The notes under the pieces: generated by a model | What the model was told of the DNA's origin: nothing | The model's input: the letters and a program-made list of their open reading frames with translations, nothing else | The model's database searches: none | Part shown: in pieces, positions 1 to 8,400 of the stretch | How the letters are laid out: each line of letters starts with the position of its first letter | Numbering within the stretch: the stretch's first letter is position 1 | NCBI GenBank assembly: GCA_963977445.1 | Contig: CAXBPH010000186.1 | Span: 1-14,217 of the forward strand | Source of the DNA: an uncultured bacterium | Lineage (GTDB): Bacteria > Hydrogenedentota > Hydrogenedentia > Hydrogenedentales > JAEUWI01 | Length of the DNA: 14,217 nt | Direction: 5' to 3' | Program-made: the position numbers and the translations under genes

Positions 1-980
1 TCAAGCTGAACAAATTGGCTGGCGAGTTTGCTGAGCCGTTGGGTAAGGGCTTCCGTGTCATAGCGTCGGTGCCGAACCACTCGATCCAGAAGCAGTTGGG
101 CTCGCTCGCGTATCGGCTGAATGACGATAGCCACCACGAGTGAAGTCAGCGCGATGCTAAGGATGTCATAGGCCTCACCGGCCTGGGAAAAGCCTTTGTG
201 AACCAGGGAGACCACGGAAAAGTAGAGTACAAATACCATGACCGTAACAACAGCGTAGGTGGTCGTGCGGGATACGATAACCCAGATGTCGAGGAGGTGA
301 TAGCGCACCATCGAATAGGCGAGGCCCGTAATCATCAATACGACGAAGCAGGGGCCGTAGAGTTCCATGCTGTTGACATCAAAGAGGGCGGGCAACAACA
401 CGTTGGTGGCAATGGCAAATCCCAGGCCACCAAAAATGGAGCCGAGTACGTGCTCAATCTGACGCCGCTGAATGCCCTCGCTGTGGGAAAGTTTACGAAA
501 CAGATTGACAAACATCAGCACCGTCGTCAATACCAGCATGGCGGTATAGGCCTGGAAGACGGGACCATACTTCGCACTGGGCGGCAAGACAGGAGAAACT
601 TCGAGGCTGACAATATACCAATCCGTATTGACGAGTGCGGTCAACACAAAGGCTCCGCCATACAGGAAGTACAGATACCACCGGATACCTTTGAAATGCT
701 GGTTGGGGAAATAACCGATGAAATGGTAGAAGGTGGCCGGGAGGAAACTGGCTACGCCAAAGGTCACCATAATCCAGAGGCGGGCGCTATCGTAGTTTCG
801 GCAATGTACGATGAAAAATACGCCGAGGGCCCACATGGAGAGATTCAGGGTAAGCAGGGCGAAGACACGGTGGGTGATACGTTCAGGATTGCGAATGAGG
901 ACAACAAGGCCCATCAGACAGCTCGATAGGGCTGACGTGATAAGTAAAAAAGAGGTTATCAGGGCGCTGTAATCCGTCAA
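1..980 (-). CDS. Membrane sensor protein, N-terminal part (HisKA_7TM-like multi-TM domain; probably a histidine kinase or other signal transducer); 3' end truncated by the window edge
   Basis: Not in the ORF track because the frame has no stop in the window. Manual translation from TTG at 980, 2 bp after the ketosynthase stop, gives MTDYSALITSFLLITSALSSCLMGLVVLIRNPERITHRVFALLTLNLSMWALGVFF...GLAYSMVRYHLLDIWVIVSRTTTYAVV...IQPIRERAQLLLDRVVRHRRYDTEALTQRLSKLASQF. It has about 9 hydrophobic segments. The RNP, AYxxxRYxLLDI and PxRxxxQxxxDRxxxxxxYD motifs are typical of 7TM-type sensors that precede GAF/HisKA domains. The output domain is not visible. Confidence 0.85.
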   Translation of the reverse strand, partial: MTDYSALITSFLLITSALSSCLMGLVVLIRNPERITHRVFALLTLNLSMWALGVFFIVHCRNYDSARLWIMVTFGVASFLPATFYHFIGYFPNQHFKGIRWYLYFLYGGAFVLTALVNTDWYIVSLEVSPVLPPSAKYGPVFQAYTAMLVLTTVLMFVNLFRKLSHSEGIQRRQIEHVLGSIFGGLGFAIATNVLLPALFDVNSMELYGPCFVVLMITGLAYSMVRYHLLDIWVIVSRTTTYAVVTVMVFVLYFSVVSLVHKGFSQAGEAYDILSIALTSLVVAIVIQPIRERAQLLLDRVVRHRRYDTEALTQRLSKLASQFVQL

Positions 981-982
981 AG

Positions 983-2227
983 TCAGGCTGCTTTTCGAAT
1001 GATTGTGGCGCTATGGGTGCCGCCAAAACTGATGGCCACAACCAGGGCAGCGCCTACGTCGTTCATGCGCGCGATTTTAGGGACGAAATCGAGGTCACAA
1101 TGGGGATCGGGATCGTCCAGGTTCACCGTCGGAGAAATAATGTCCCGGTTCAGGGCCAGCAGGCCGGCGGCCAAACCCAGGAGTCCGCCCGCCGCGTAGG
1201 ATTGACCAATCATGGATTTTACGGCACTTATAGGAATGCGGTATGCCTGATCGCCAAAGACCCGCTTGAAGGCATTGGTCTCGCTGCGGTCATACATATC
1301 AAGAGAGACGCCGTGTGCCTGGATACAATCTATTTCATTCTTATTGACGCCGGAGGCCCGCATGGCCCGCTCGATGGCTTGCGCCAGTCCCCGACCTTCT
1401 CTGTCCAGGATGAGGGGGTTGACGCCTTCGGAAGAGGAGCCATTACCGGCAACTTCTGCCAGAATGCGGGCACCGCGTGCCACAGCTTTATCCCGCCGCT
1501 CCAAAACGAGGGTGCAGGCCCCTTCGCTGAGCACGATGCCGTCGCGGTGTCGATCAAAGGGCCGCATGGCCAGCGCGGGTTCGTTGTTTCGTTTGGATAG
1601 AATGCCCAGGGCACAGGCACCCGCCATGGAAATGGGAAAAATGGGCGACTCGGTAGCGCCTACGACGGCGGCATCCACCTGGCCCATTCGGACCTGATTG
1701 TATCCCCAGGAAAGGGCATCCAGGCCGGTGGCGCAGCCACTGGATATGGTGATCGCAGGGCCCTTCACGCCGATATCGATGGAAACGTGGACAGTGGCCG
1801 AGTGTCCGGAAAAGGCCGAAGAAGCGAGCTTTCCGATGCCCTTATAGCCCGACGTTTCCATGGCGCGCATCTGCACATCATAACTCTCGTCGGGCGACCC
1901 GATGCTGGTGCCCACGGCGACGGCGATGCGTTCGGGGTCATACTTCGCGGCTTTGAGATCGGCATCTTCCACCGCAAGGCGGGAACTGGCGAGGGCCTGG
2001 TGGACGTGTCGGTTCCAATTGCGAACGACACTTTTTTTCATAAAATCTTCGGGATTAAAATCCTGTAACTCGCCCGCGATCTGACAGGGAAGGTCGCTGG
2101 CGTCGAATCGGGTGACGGCACGAATTCCAGATTTGCCGGCTTCAATGGATTTCCAAAATGCTTCCCGGCCGATTCCATTGCAAGCCAGAACGCCCATCCC
2201 GGTAATTACTACAGAGTCTGAATACAT
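983..2227 (-). CDS. fabF: Beta-ketoacyl-ACP synthase II (FabF/KS-alpha)-like ketosynthase with an atypical catalytic triad
   Basis: 414 aa with VVITGMG start, G-P-x-x-TISSGCATG (Cys165), RPFDRHRDGIVLSEGA, IQAHG (His305), AVKSMIGQS (Lys337; Gln342 where the second His is expected), PTVNLDDPDP and SFGG. The family is clear, but it is probably a specialised paralog rather than the housekeeping FabF. Confidence 0.85.
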   Translation of the reverse strand: MYSDSVVITGMGVLACNGIGREAFWKSIEAGKSGIRAVTRFDASDLPCQIAGELQDFNPEDFMKKSVVRNWNRHVHQALASSRLAVEDADLKAAKYDPERIAVAVGTSIGSPDESYDVQMRAMETSGYKGIGKLASSAFSGHSATVHVSIDIGVKGPAITISSGCATGLDALSWGYNQVRMGQVDAAVVGATESPIFPISMAGACALGILSKRNNEPALAMRPFDRHRDGIVLSEGACTLVLERRDKAVARGARILAEVAGNGSSSEGVNPLILDREGRGLAQAIERAMRASGVNKNEIDCIQAHGVSLDMYDRSETNAFKRVFGDQAYRIPISAVKSMIGQSYAAGGLLGLAAGLLALNRDIISPTVNLDDPDPHCDLDFVPKIARMNDVGAALVVAISFGGTHSATIIRKAA

Positions 2228-2235
2228 AGCGCTGC

Positions 2236-3918
2236 TCAGTTTCCCATTACTTTCTTCACGATCGATGGCGGATAGAAATCTACGGTATTGATCGATGCCG
2301 TAGCATGAATGTTAAAGGTGTCGACAAAATTCCGTAAGGCGGCTATATTGAGCGTCTTCATAGCCCGCTCCAGGCCGTGGATAAACCGGTTCTCCCGGCC
2401 CTGTTCACCCGATATCCGGGCAATGAGTCCTGCCTGGCAACCCGATTCAATGGGGGGGCAGATGCCTTCCAGTTCCTGATCGAAGGCCTTGAGCTGGCCC
2501 GCAATGGTGCTCCGTTTTCGCCCGGCGAAGGTGAAGGGGAGCCTCGCGGCCTCTTGAAAGGTGTTCATCGTCAAGGACGAGGTGGAAATCCAGTCTTCAA
2601 GTTGCCTGAGACGGGTGGCGAAATCAAATTCCGCTGCGTGTTGGTGCCAGGCGCTGCCGGGTATCAAGTGGGGCAGTAAGAGGCGCAGCGTGCCGGGTTT
2701 GCAACGGTGCAGTAAACGGATGGTTTCTGCACGAGAGTGGTAATCATCGGCGGGAACGGGATAAATGAAATCGGTGTGCAGGAATATACCCGACTCGCGA
2801 CAGGCGCGCAGACAGGATTCCACATCACTTATGGACCAGTTTTCGCCGAAATAATCGGAAAGCGTGATCTGACTGCCCGTCAGCAGGGAGAAACCGAGGG
2901 ACTGACAGCCCGAAGTGGATAGAAGTGACACCGTGTTCGGGCAAAGTTCAAAAACGTGGGCGTCGCGACTGTAGGCCACCGGAAAGGGCATGGTGATGCA
3001 TTCCCGGGCGAATTCGATGACCCCGTCCCTGGACGTATGGGATCCGGTCACATGAAAGGCCTGCGTCCCATAAAGTTCGTGGAGTGCAATCATCTCCCGC
3101 CGAAGCTGGCGGACGGAACGGGCCTGTGCCCTGCCGTGGGACTTGCCGCGATAGTGTCCCTGGTGATTGAGCCCGCGCCCGCCGTTCAAAGTGAAAAGAT
3201 TAAACTTGCCGCCCTCGCGCAATGCGGGATAGGACTCCGGGTGGTAGGCGGGGATGGCACTGGCGGGCAATGCCGTAGCACCCCAGTCGGGTGATTCGAA
3301 TAGATTGGCGTCCGCGCGGCAGATAATTCCCGGGATCTGTGGCCACGTTGCAGGCGCATCCCATCGGGCGGCCAGACTGGGCACGGATGATTCCGGTCGG
3401 GTGGTGCAGGCCACATCGATGGCGTTGCAATCCATCAATACCTGCCGACCAAAGCGTACCGCCATTTTACCGGCAAGGGCGATGCAAAGGCGGGGCCAAC
3501 GCATTTTCAGGGCTTCGGCGAGTTGCCGTGCCTCATGGAGGTCTTTTCGTCGCTGTGCCAGTAATACGACCACATTGGGCGGGCTATCCACCTCGCCCGA
3601 AGCGGCCAGGGCCCGATCGATGCGTCGCTTCAGGAAAAGGGCCAGCGCCCGACGTCGACCCCGCTGGGGAGAAGAGAAAAGTTGTTTCCAACCTGCGGCG
3701 ATGGGGGCACCCTTGTCGATAGTTGCCGCCAATATATGGGGCAATTCGTCGTCCAGAAGGGATTCCAGGGCATCTAGCGTGCCGTCATCCACAATGGTGG
3801 CGCCATGCCCATGCGCCCGTAGTGCACCGGCACACCGGGCCAACAGGGGCTGTGGCATGAGATCATCCACATGCAGGGGCATGCCGGGCAGCGCGTATAG
3901 TAGAACCCGTGTATCCAT
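2236..3918 (-). CDS. B12-binding domain / radical SAM-fold protein with degenerate Fe-S motif
   Basis: 560 aa that follow class B radical SAM architecture: PQPLLARCAGALRAHGHGATIVD (cf. PPLGLxxLAAxLRxxGHEVxIxD), QIPGIICR, RSVRQLRREMIALHELYG, SGCQSLGFSLLTGSQ (cf. AGCxxIxxGxESGS), TDFIYPVPADD...ETIRLL (cf. FIxGLPGET) and PGSAWH (cf. PGTPLY). The expected RGCxxxCxFC reads RGLNHQGHYR. Confidence 0.75.
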   Translation of the reverse strand: MDTRVLLYALPGMPLHVDDLMPQPLLARCAGALRAHGHGATIVDDGTLDALESLLDDELPHILAATIDKGAPIAAGWKQLFSSPQRGRRRALALFLKRRIDRALAASGEVDSPPNVVVLLAQRRKDLHEARQLAEALKMRWPRLCIALAGKMAVRFGRQVLMDCNAIDVACTTRPESSVPSLAARWDAPATWPQIPGIICRADANLFESPDWGATALPASAIPAYHPESYPALREGGKFNLFTLNGGRGLNHQGHYRGKSHGRAQARSVRQLRREMIALHELYGTQAFHVTGSHTSRDGVIEFARECITMPFPVAYSRDAHVFELCPNTVSLLSTSGCQSLGFSLLTGSQITLSDYFGENWSISDVESCLRACRESGIFLHTDFIYPVPADDYHSRAETIRLLHRCKPGTLRLLLPHLIPGSAWHQHAAEFDFATRLRQLEDWISTSSLTMNTFQEAARLPFTFAGRKRSTIAGQLKAFDQELEGICPPIESGCQAGLIARISGEQGRENRFIHGLERAMKTLNIAALRNFVDTFNIHATASINTVDFYPPSIVKKVMGN

Positions 3919-3979
3919 GTTGTTCAGCTGGTACTCTCTTCATCGAGTAGGTACAATATATAGATCGGGACACAGTTCG

Positions 3980-3996
3980 CCAACACTATATGTTGG
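3980..3996. promoter_or_regulatory. Palindromic candidate operator CCAACA-N5-TGTTGG
   Basis: Perfect 6-bp arms at 3980-3985 and 3991-3996, overlapping the predicted transcription start of the leftward operon. Confidence 0.35.
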
Positions 3997-4001
3997 AACA
4001 A

Positions 4002-4030
4002 ATACTATCATGTATACAACATATGTGCAA
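4002..4030 (-). promoter_or_regulatory. Putative sigma70 promoter of the rSAM-like/KS/sensor operon
   Basis: Minus strand reads TTGCAC (4030-4025), a 17-bp spacer, then TAGTAT (4007-4002) preceded by an extended -10 TGn. It lies in an AT-rich intergenic region about 85 bp upstream of the ATG at 3918. Confidence 0.5.
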
Positions 4031-4189
4031 GTACAAAAATGTACATGACGGAAATTTACGGTATATGCGGATCTCTTACGCTAAATAGAGGCATTGTAGT
4101 GGTTTGTGCGCGTTCTTGACCCGGATTGCTATCCCCTTGGGTGTAAAAATCGTACACCTCGGGAAAAATCCAATTCCTCAGTCAGAATA

Positions 4190-4219
4190 TTGAGGCCTCT
4201 GGTCTCGCCTCGGTACAAT
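4190..4219 (+). promoter_or_regulatory. Putative sigma70 promoter of the acyltransferase gene
   Basis: TTGAGG (4190-4195), 18 bp, TACAAT (4214-4219), followed by an RBS-like GAGAGG (4225-4230) and ATG at 4240. Confidence 0.4.
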
Positions 4220-4239
4220 ATCGCGAGAGGAACCCCGAT

Positions 4240-4860
4240 ATGAGTTTATTTACCAAATGGCGGCAAAAGCGCCTGGCCCGATTGTTCAAGCGCGTCGGTG
4301 CCGATTGCGTCTTTAATGCAGAGCACCTTGAGATCAAGGGGCGTGTTGAACTGGGTGACCGGTGCACGCTCGCCAACAATGTGTTGATGCGTACCCATAA
4401 AAAGTCCCACATTATCCTGGGTGACGACGTGAGTCTGGGCGATCACGTGATGATTGCCAGCAACGATTCGGTGGAAATTGGTTCCAACACCCGAATCGAT
4501 GCCTATTGTGTCATCCGAGATATGAATCACAGTTTCCGGGGCACCGATGTGCATTGGCGCCTCACGCCCCACTTGAGTGAACCCATTCGAATCGGCGAAA
4601 ACTGCTTTATCGGTGCCCACAGCTACATTATGCCGGGTGTGACGCTGGGCAACGGCGCCGTTATCCTGCCCCGCAGTATCGTGAGCAAGGATGTGGGCGA
4701 GTGCGAGATATGGGGGGGGAGCCCCCGGGCACAACGACTCGGTCACCGAACCGACGGGGATATCCAGAGCACCCTGAAGCGCCACTTGGACCTGCTGTCG
4801 CTCTACGGATTTGACGAAGCATCGGGCGATGACGACGAGACCGACGAGAAGCGTTCCTGA
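4240..4860 (+). CDS. Hexapeptide-repeat (left-handed beta-helix) O-acyl/acetyltransferase, maltose/galactoside acetyltransferase-like
   Basis: Repeated [LIV]G hexapeptides (VELGDRCTL, IILGDDVSLGDHVMI, VEIGSNTRI, IRIGENCFIGAHSYIMPGVTLGNGAVI), the conserved His motif DMNHSF, and SIVSKDV...WGGSP. RBS GAGAGG upstream. Confidence 0.9.
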   Translation: MSLFTKWRQKRLARLFKRVGADCVFNAEHLEIKGRVELGDRCTLANNVLMRTHKKSHIILGDDVSLGDHVMIASNDSVEIGSNTRIDAYCVIRDMNHSFRGTDVHWRLTPHLSEPIRIGENCFIGAHSYIMPGVTLGNGAVILPRSIVSKDVGECEIWGGSPRAQRLGHRTDGDIQSTLKRHLDLLSLYGFDEASGDDDETDEKRS

Positions 4861-4954
4861 CCCGACACCCGCTTCTGGATGAACTTGAAGGTGTGACGAC
4901 CGCAGTGCAGGATGCAGTGGAGTAGTACGTAACTCTGGTCATAAGAAGCGCGAA

Positions 4955-4981
4955 CGTAGGCTGGGCGTCCCGCCTGACCCG
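4955..4981 (+). repeat. GTAG-type REP-like element, left copy
   Basis: CGTAGGCTGGGCGTCCCGCCTGACCCG is a GTAG tetranucleotide followed by an imperfect GC-rich hairpin. An inverted copy lies at 5284-5311. Confidence 0.7.
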
Positions 4982-5129
4982 CAGTTGGCGACGCGTCATG
5001 GGGTACACCACGGTCACATGCCGCCAATATATCCTCCACCGAGAGCCCATCATCAAGAGAAGTTGCCAGAAAAACGCGTTTTGACGTTACCTCAGCCAAA
5101 ACCCTCCGCGACACCTAATAAACCTCAGG

Positions 5130-5162
5130 GTGGCACGGACAAGTCCGCAGGACTTGCCCGTG
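5130..5162 (+). repeat. GTGG-type REP-like hairpin
   Basis: GTGG followed by CACGGACAAGTCC-GCA-GGACTTGCCCGTG (12/13-bp stem). Its first 12 nt, GTGGCACGGACA, recur at 14168-14179. Confidence 0.65.
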
Positions 5163-5283
5163 AGCGTCAGCGTGGGAAATTGGGGTTTAGAACCTGAGTA
5201 TGCGCTTTCAATCGTCGTTGTTATTCATTTTTTCGACGTGCACGTTCAACATCTAATTTCCAAGCGGTGCAGTATCGATACGA

Positions 5284-5311
5284 CGGGTCAGGCGGGGACG
5301 CCTAACCTACG
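5284..5311 (-). repeat. GTAG-type REP-like element, right inverted copy
   Basis: The reverse complement CGTAGGTTAGGCGTCCCCGCCTGACCCG matches 4955-4981 with 2 substitutions and 1 indel. Confidence 0.7.
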
Positions 5312-5407
5312 ATAGCGTAAGCTTCACGTGTGGGGTTGCCCGGAAATAAGGACGTGGCACTATGTCGCATGATAACGCCCCGAAGAAGTATTCCTCAGTG
5401 ACTGCAC

Positions 5408-8400
5408 TCAGGGTATCGCGATGTTCAGCTCAACCGTGCCCGTCGATCCAACTTCCACCGTCGCCGAGGCGAAGCGTGCTCCATCGAATCCATTGGACCC
5501 GATTTCCACCGCGAACACGGTGTACGTGCCTCCACCAAGCCCGCCAACATCAAACGCTCCCCCGGCCTCGACCATGGAAAACCCGGCGACGTTCGCTTGG
5601 AAGTCTGGGGACGTGAATAAGGTGGCAATGTTGTCGGTTTGGATGTTCCCATTGACTGCGATAACCTGACTTTGGCCAGCGCTGGAAATGCCTGATACGA
5701 TTCCCTGAATATGGGCACCCTCATCAATCTCCACGTCCAGACGAGTCGTTTGTCCATCGGTGACGGTCGTATCGATGACACGCATCTGTCGCTGCGTGCT
5801 GCCCGCCGCTACGGCGTGGAACATAACCCGATACGTTCCCGTCGAGAGACCTGAGATGGCGTAGGTCGCATTGGGCGACACCACGCCCTGCACCTGCTGT
5901 CCGGCACTATCTTCCCCGGGCATCGACGCAACCACGAAGCCTTCACTGATGGCCTGACCACCTATGGTGATGGTGCCTTCGATGGCACCCGATCCGAAGT
6001 CCACCGACAAGTCGACCGTGGTGGTGAATCCCGCTTCGACGGTCACCGTTTTGTTTTGGCTCTTGGTCGCACCGTCCCGGGTGACTTGAGCTTGTATCAT
6101 CACTTCGCCGGCAGGTAGCTTGTCCAAGGTATAGAATCCATTGGCATCGGTTGTCGAACGGTGCTGGCCTTGTGCCAGGCTTTGTGCGAAGACGTGTTGA
6201 TTGGCTATGGGCGCTCCATTGGCGTAGACCGTGCCCTCGATCGTGGCACCACCCGTCATGACGATTTCTACGTGGGTCGACTGTCCGTGGACCAGTTGGA
6301 CGTCGACCGTCGTATCGGGGAAGTCCGGGTGGATGGCGGTGATCTTCGCCAGGTCTTCGCCCACGGAATGAATATCGAAACGGCCTTCTGCGTCGGTGGT
6401 TGCTGCCGCGCCAGAGCTATTGTTATTCAGCATCCAGGGTTGAACCTGGGCGAGGAGAAAAATCCGGGCGTTTTGCACGGGTGCGCCTTGCATATCGCGC
6501 ACTACCCCCTCGATGGACGCGCCGGGCTGGAGGCGGAATTGAACGCCACCCGTTACGTCGTCGGGCGCGACATAGGGCACGTGTTGAATCTGGGGTGCAT
6601 ACCCGGCGGCCTTGGCATAGATGGTCGCTTCGCCCGCTTCAACCGTATCGATGGAGAAATGACCCTCTTCATCATAGAACGATACGTAGTTGGAGGTCTG
6701 GTAGCTGTATTCATCATTCGCCAGACCCTGACTGTGGGTGATCTCAAAATTGGCAATGGGCCGCCCTGTCGTGGCGTCAACCACCTGGCCTTCCACGGTG
6801 CCCCGACCTTCCAGGACAACGTCCAAATTACGGGTGCCGGCCTCAATGCCCTCACGCTGTTGGTGGCTATAGCGCGGGTGATGAATCTGCATGTTATAGC
6901 TCAGGCCTTCATCCACAGTGAGCTCGTACTTACCCTCCGTGTCGGCTTGAACGTAGGCACTGCTTCCCCCCGTGGGGCTGTATGCATTGACGGAGGCGCC
7001 TTCAATGGCTTCCCCGGCGGCATTGGTGATGCGACCGGAAATGGTGCTGCCCGGCCCGGCCTCGAAGACCAGGCGGACGCCTGTCAGTTCCTGTCCCTGG
7101 GTGACCGTGACTTCCTGCTCACCTTGTTGGTTTTGGCTCCAGGAATTGCGGCGTCGGACCGTAAGACGGTAGCTACCGGCGTCGAGGCTTTTGATGACGA
7201 ATTCCCCGTCCGGTCCCGTAAGTTCGGATCCGTTGTTGAAGCTGCCGTCGGCGGAGGCCACAGAGACAAACATATCCGGCAGGGGCTTGCCCGCCGTGTC
7301 CACCACCACACCAGTAATGCTCGCGCCTGGCGCCACGACGATTTCGATGTCTTCCAAACCGGAATCACCCGTGCTCAAGGGGCCCAGCTTGGGTGCCGTA
7401 TAGCCGCGACCGGAGACCCGAATCTCAACGTCCACGTTGGGTGAAAAGCCCCGTAACGAAAACGTGCCGTCTTCGGTGGTCAATACGTTTTCGCCCTCGC
7501 CGTTGTCTACAATCGGATTGCAGGCAACGTTCACGCCCTGAACAGGATCACCGGCCTTGTCCACCACGATGCCCGAGATCGTCAGGCCACGACGAACGGC
7601 AAAATCGATGTTTTCCAGTGCTTCGCCCAATTGGAGCGACACGGTTTTGTTTTCCCGCGATTCGCCGTGGAGATAGCCTTCTTTCCAACGACGACGCAGG
7701 GTGAAGCTGCCGCCGGGCATGCCCGATATGCGATAGAAACCGCTGGCATCACTGATCCCCTGTAGTTCCCGGCCTGTCGAGGGCTGGTTGCCACGGGCCT
7801 GAATCCGGATGCCGGAAATAGGCGCACCGGTTTCTGCGTCGGTTACCAGACCCGAAACGGAGCCCCCGTCGATAATTTTGAGCTCGACCCCGTCCACGGG
7901 TTCTGCGTTGGAGAGGGTGACCCGAGGACTTTCGCCCACGAGGATGCGCTCTTCATCGTCCAGGCGAATGACGTAATCGCTGTCGGCCAGGGCCGTGGCC
8001 TCGAAGGCACCATCTTTGTCGGTGAGTACCCGCTGTTGATTGCGACCGTTCTTCTCATCATTTACGGTTACATAGATATTGGGCACGGCCTTTCCGCCCT
8101 TTGCCTCGGTAACCGAACCTGAAATGCTGGAGCCCTGTTTCAGCACGATTTTTGCATTGACCTCACCGGTCTTGAAGGCTTCCGTAATTTCGCTAGCGTA
8201 ATCCGTTGCACCCACGGAGAGTTTCCACGTGCCCTTAACCAGGTTTGCCAAAGCGAAACGGCCTTCTTTGTCTGTTGAGGCCCAGACATTTCGGGCACCA
8301 TAGGAATATCGTTCCTGACCTTTTTCTTCAATGGATTCGGGGGTAACAATGGCACCGGCGACGGGTGCGCCCTCTCCGTTGAGGACCTGGCCGCTGATGC

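Noticed and set aside
1..3. TCA at the window start read as the stop codon of the sensor gene
   Set aside because: It is out of frame with the sensor (codons occupy 3-5 through 978-980), so the gene continues past the edge.
198..929. 243-aa plus-strand ORF
   Set aside because: It is the codon-aligned antisense shadow of the minus-strand membrane sensor and has no recognisable motifs.
983..2227. Type II PKS chain-length factor or aromatic PKS cluster
   Set aside because: The active Cys is retained, and no KS/CLF pair, ACP or cyclase is visible in the window.
2236..3918. Calling the radical SAM-like gene a pseudogene
   Set aside because: The reading frame is full length and uninterrupted and is tightly coupled to the next gene; decay cannot be shown without homologs.
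3254..4048. 264-aa plus-strand ORF
   Set aside because: Antisense to the rSAM-like gene, Arg/Ser/Ala-rich shadow composition, no motifs.
4661..5315. Small ORFs in the REP spacer (4661-5056, 4803-5114, 4985-5197, 5130-5315), including a possible RAYT fragment
   Set aside because: They run through REP hairpins or overlap the acyltransferase, lack a convincing RBS, and show no recognisable transposase (HUH/Tyr) context.
4861..5407. CRISPR array or tRNA/rRNA in the intergenic regions
   Set aside because: No regularly spaced direct repeats and no cloverleaf or rRNA signatures were seen here or elsewhere in the window.
6161..7444. 427-aa plus-strand ORF
   Set aside because: Antisense shadow of the repeat protein.
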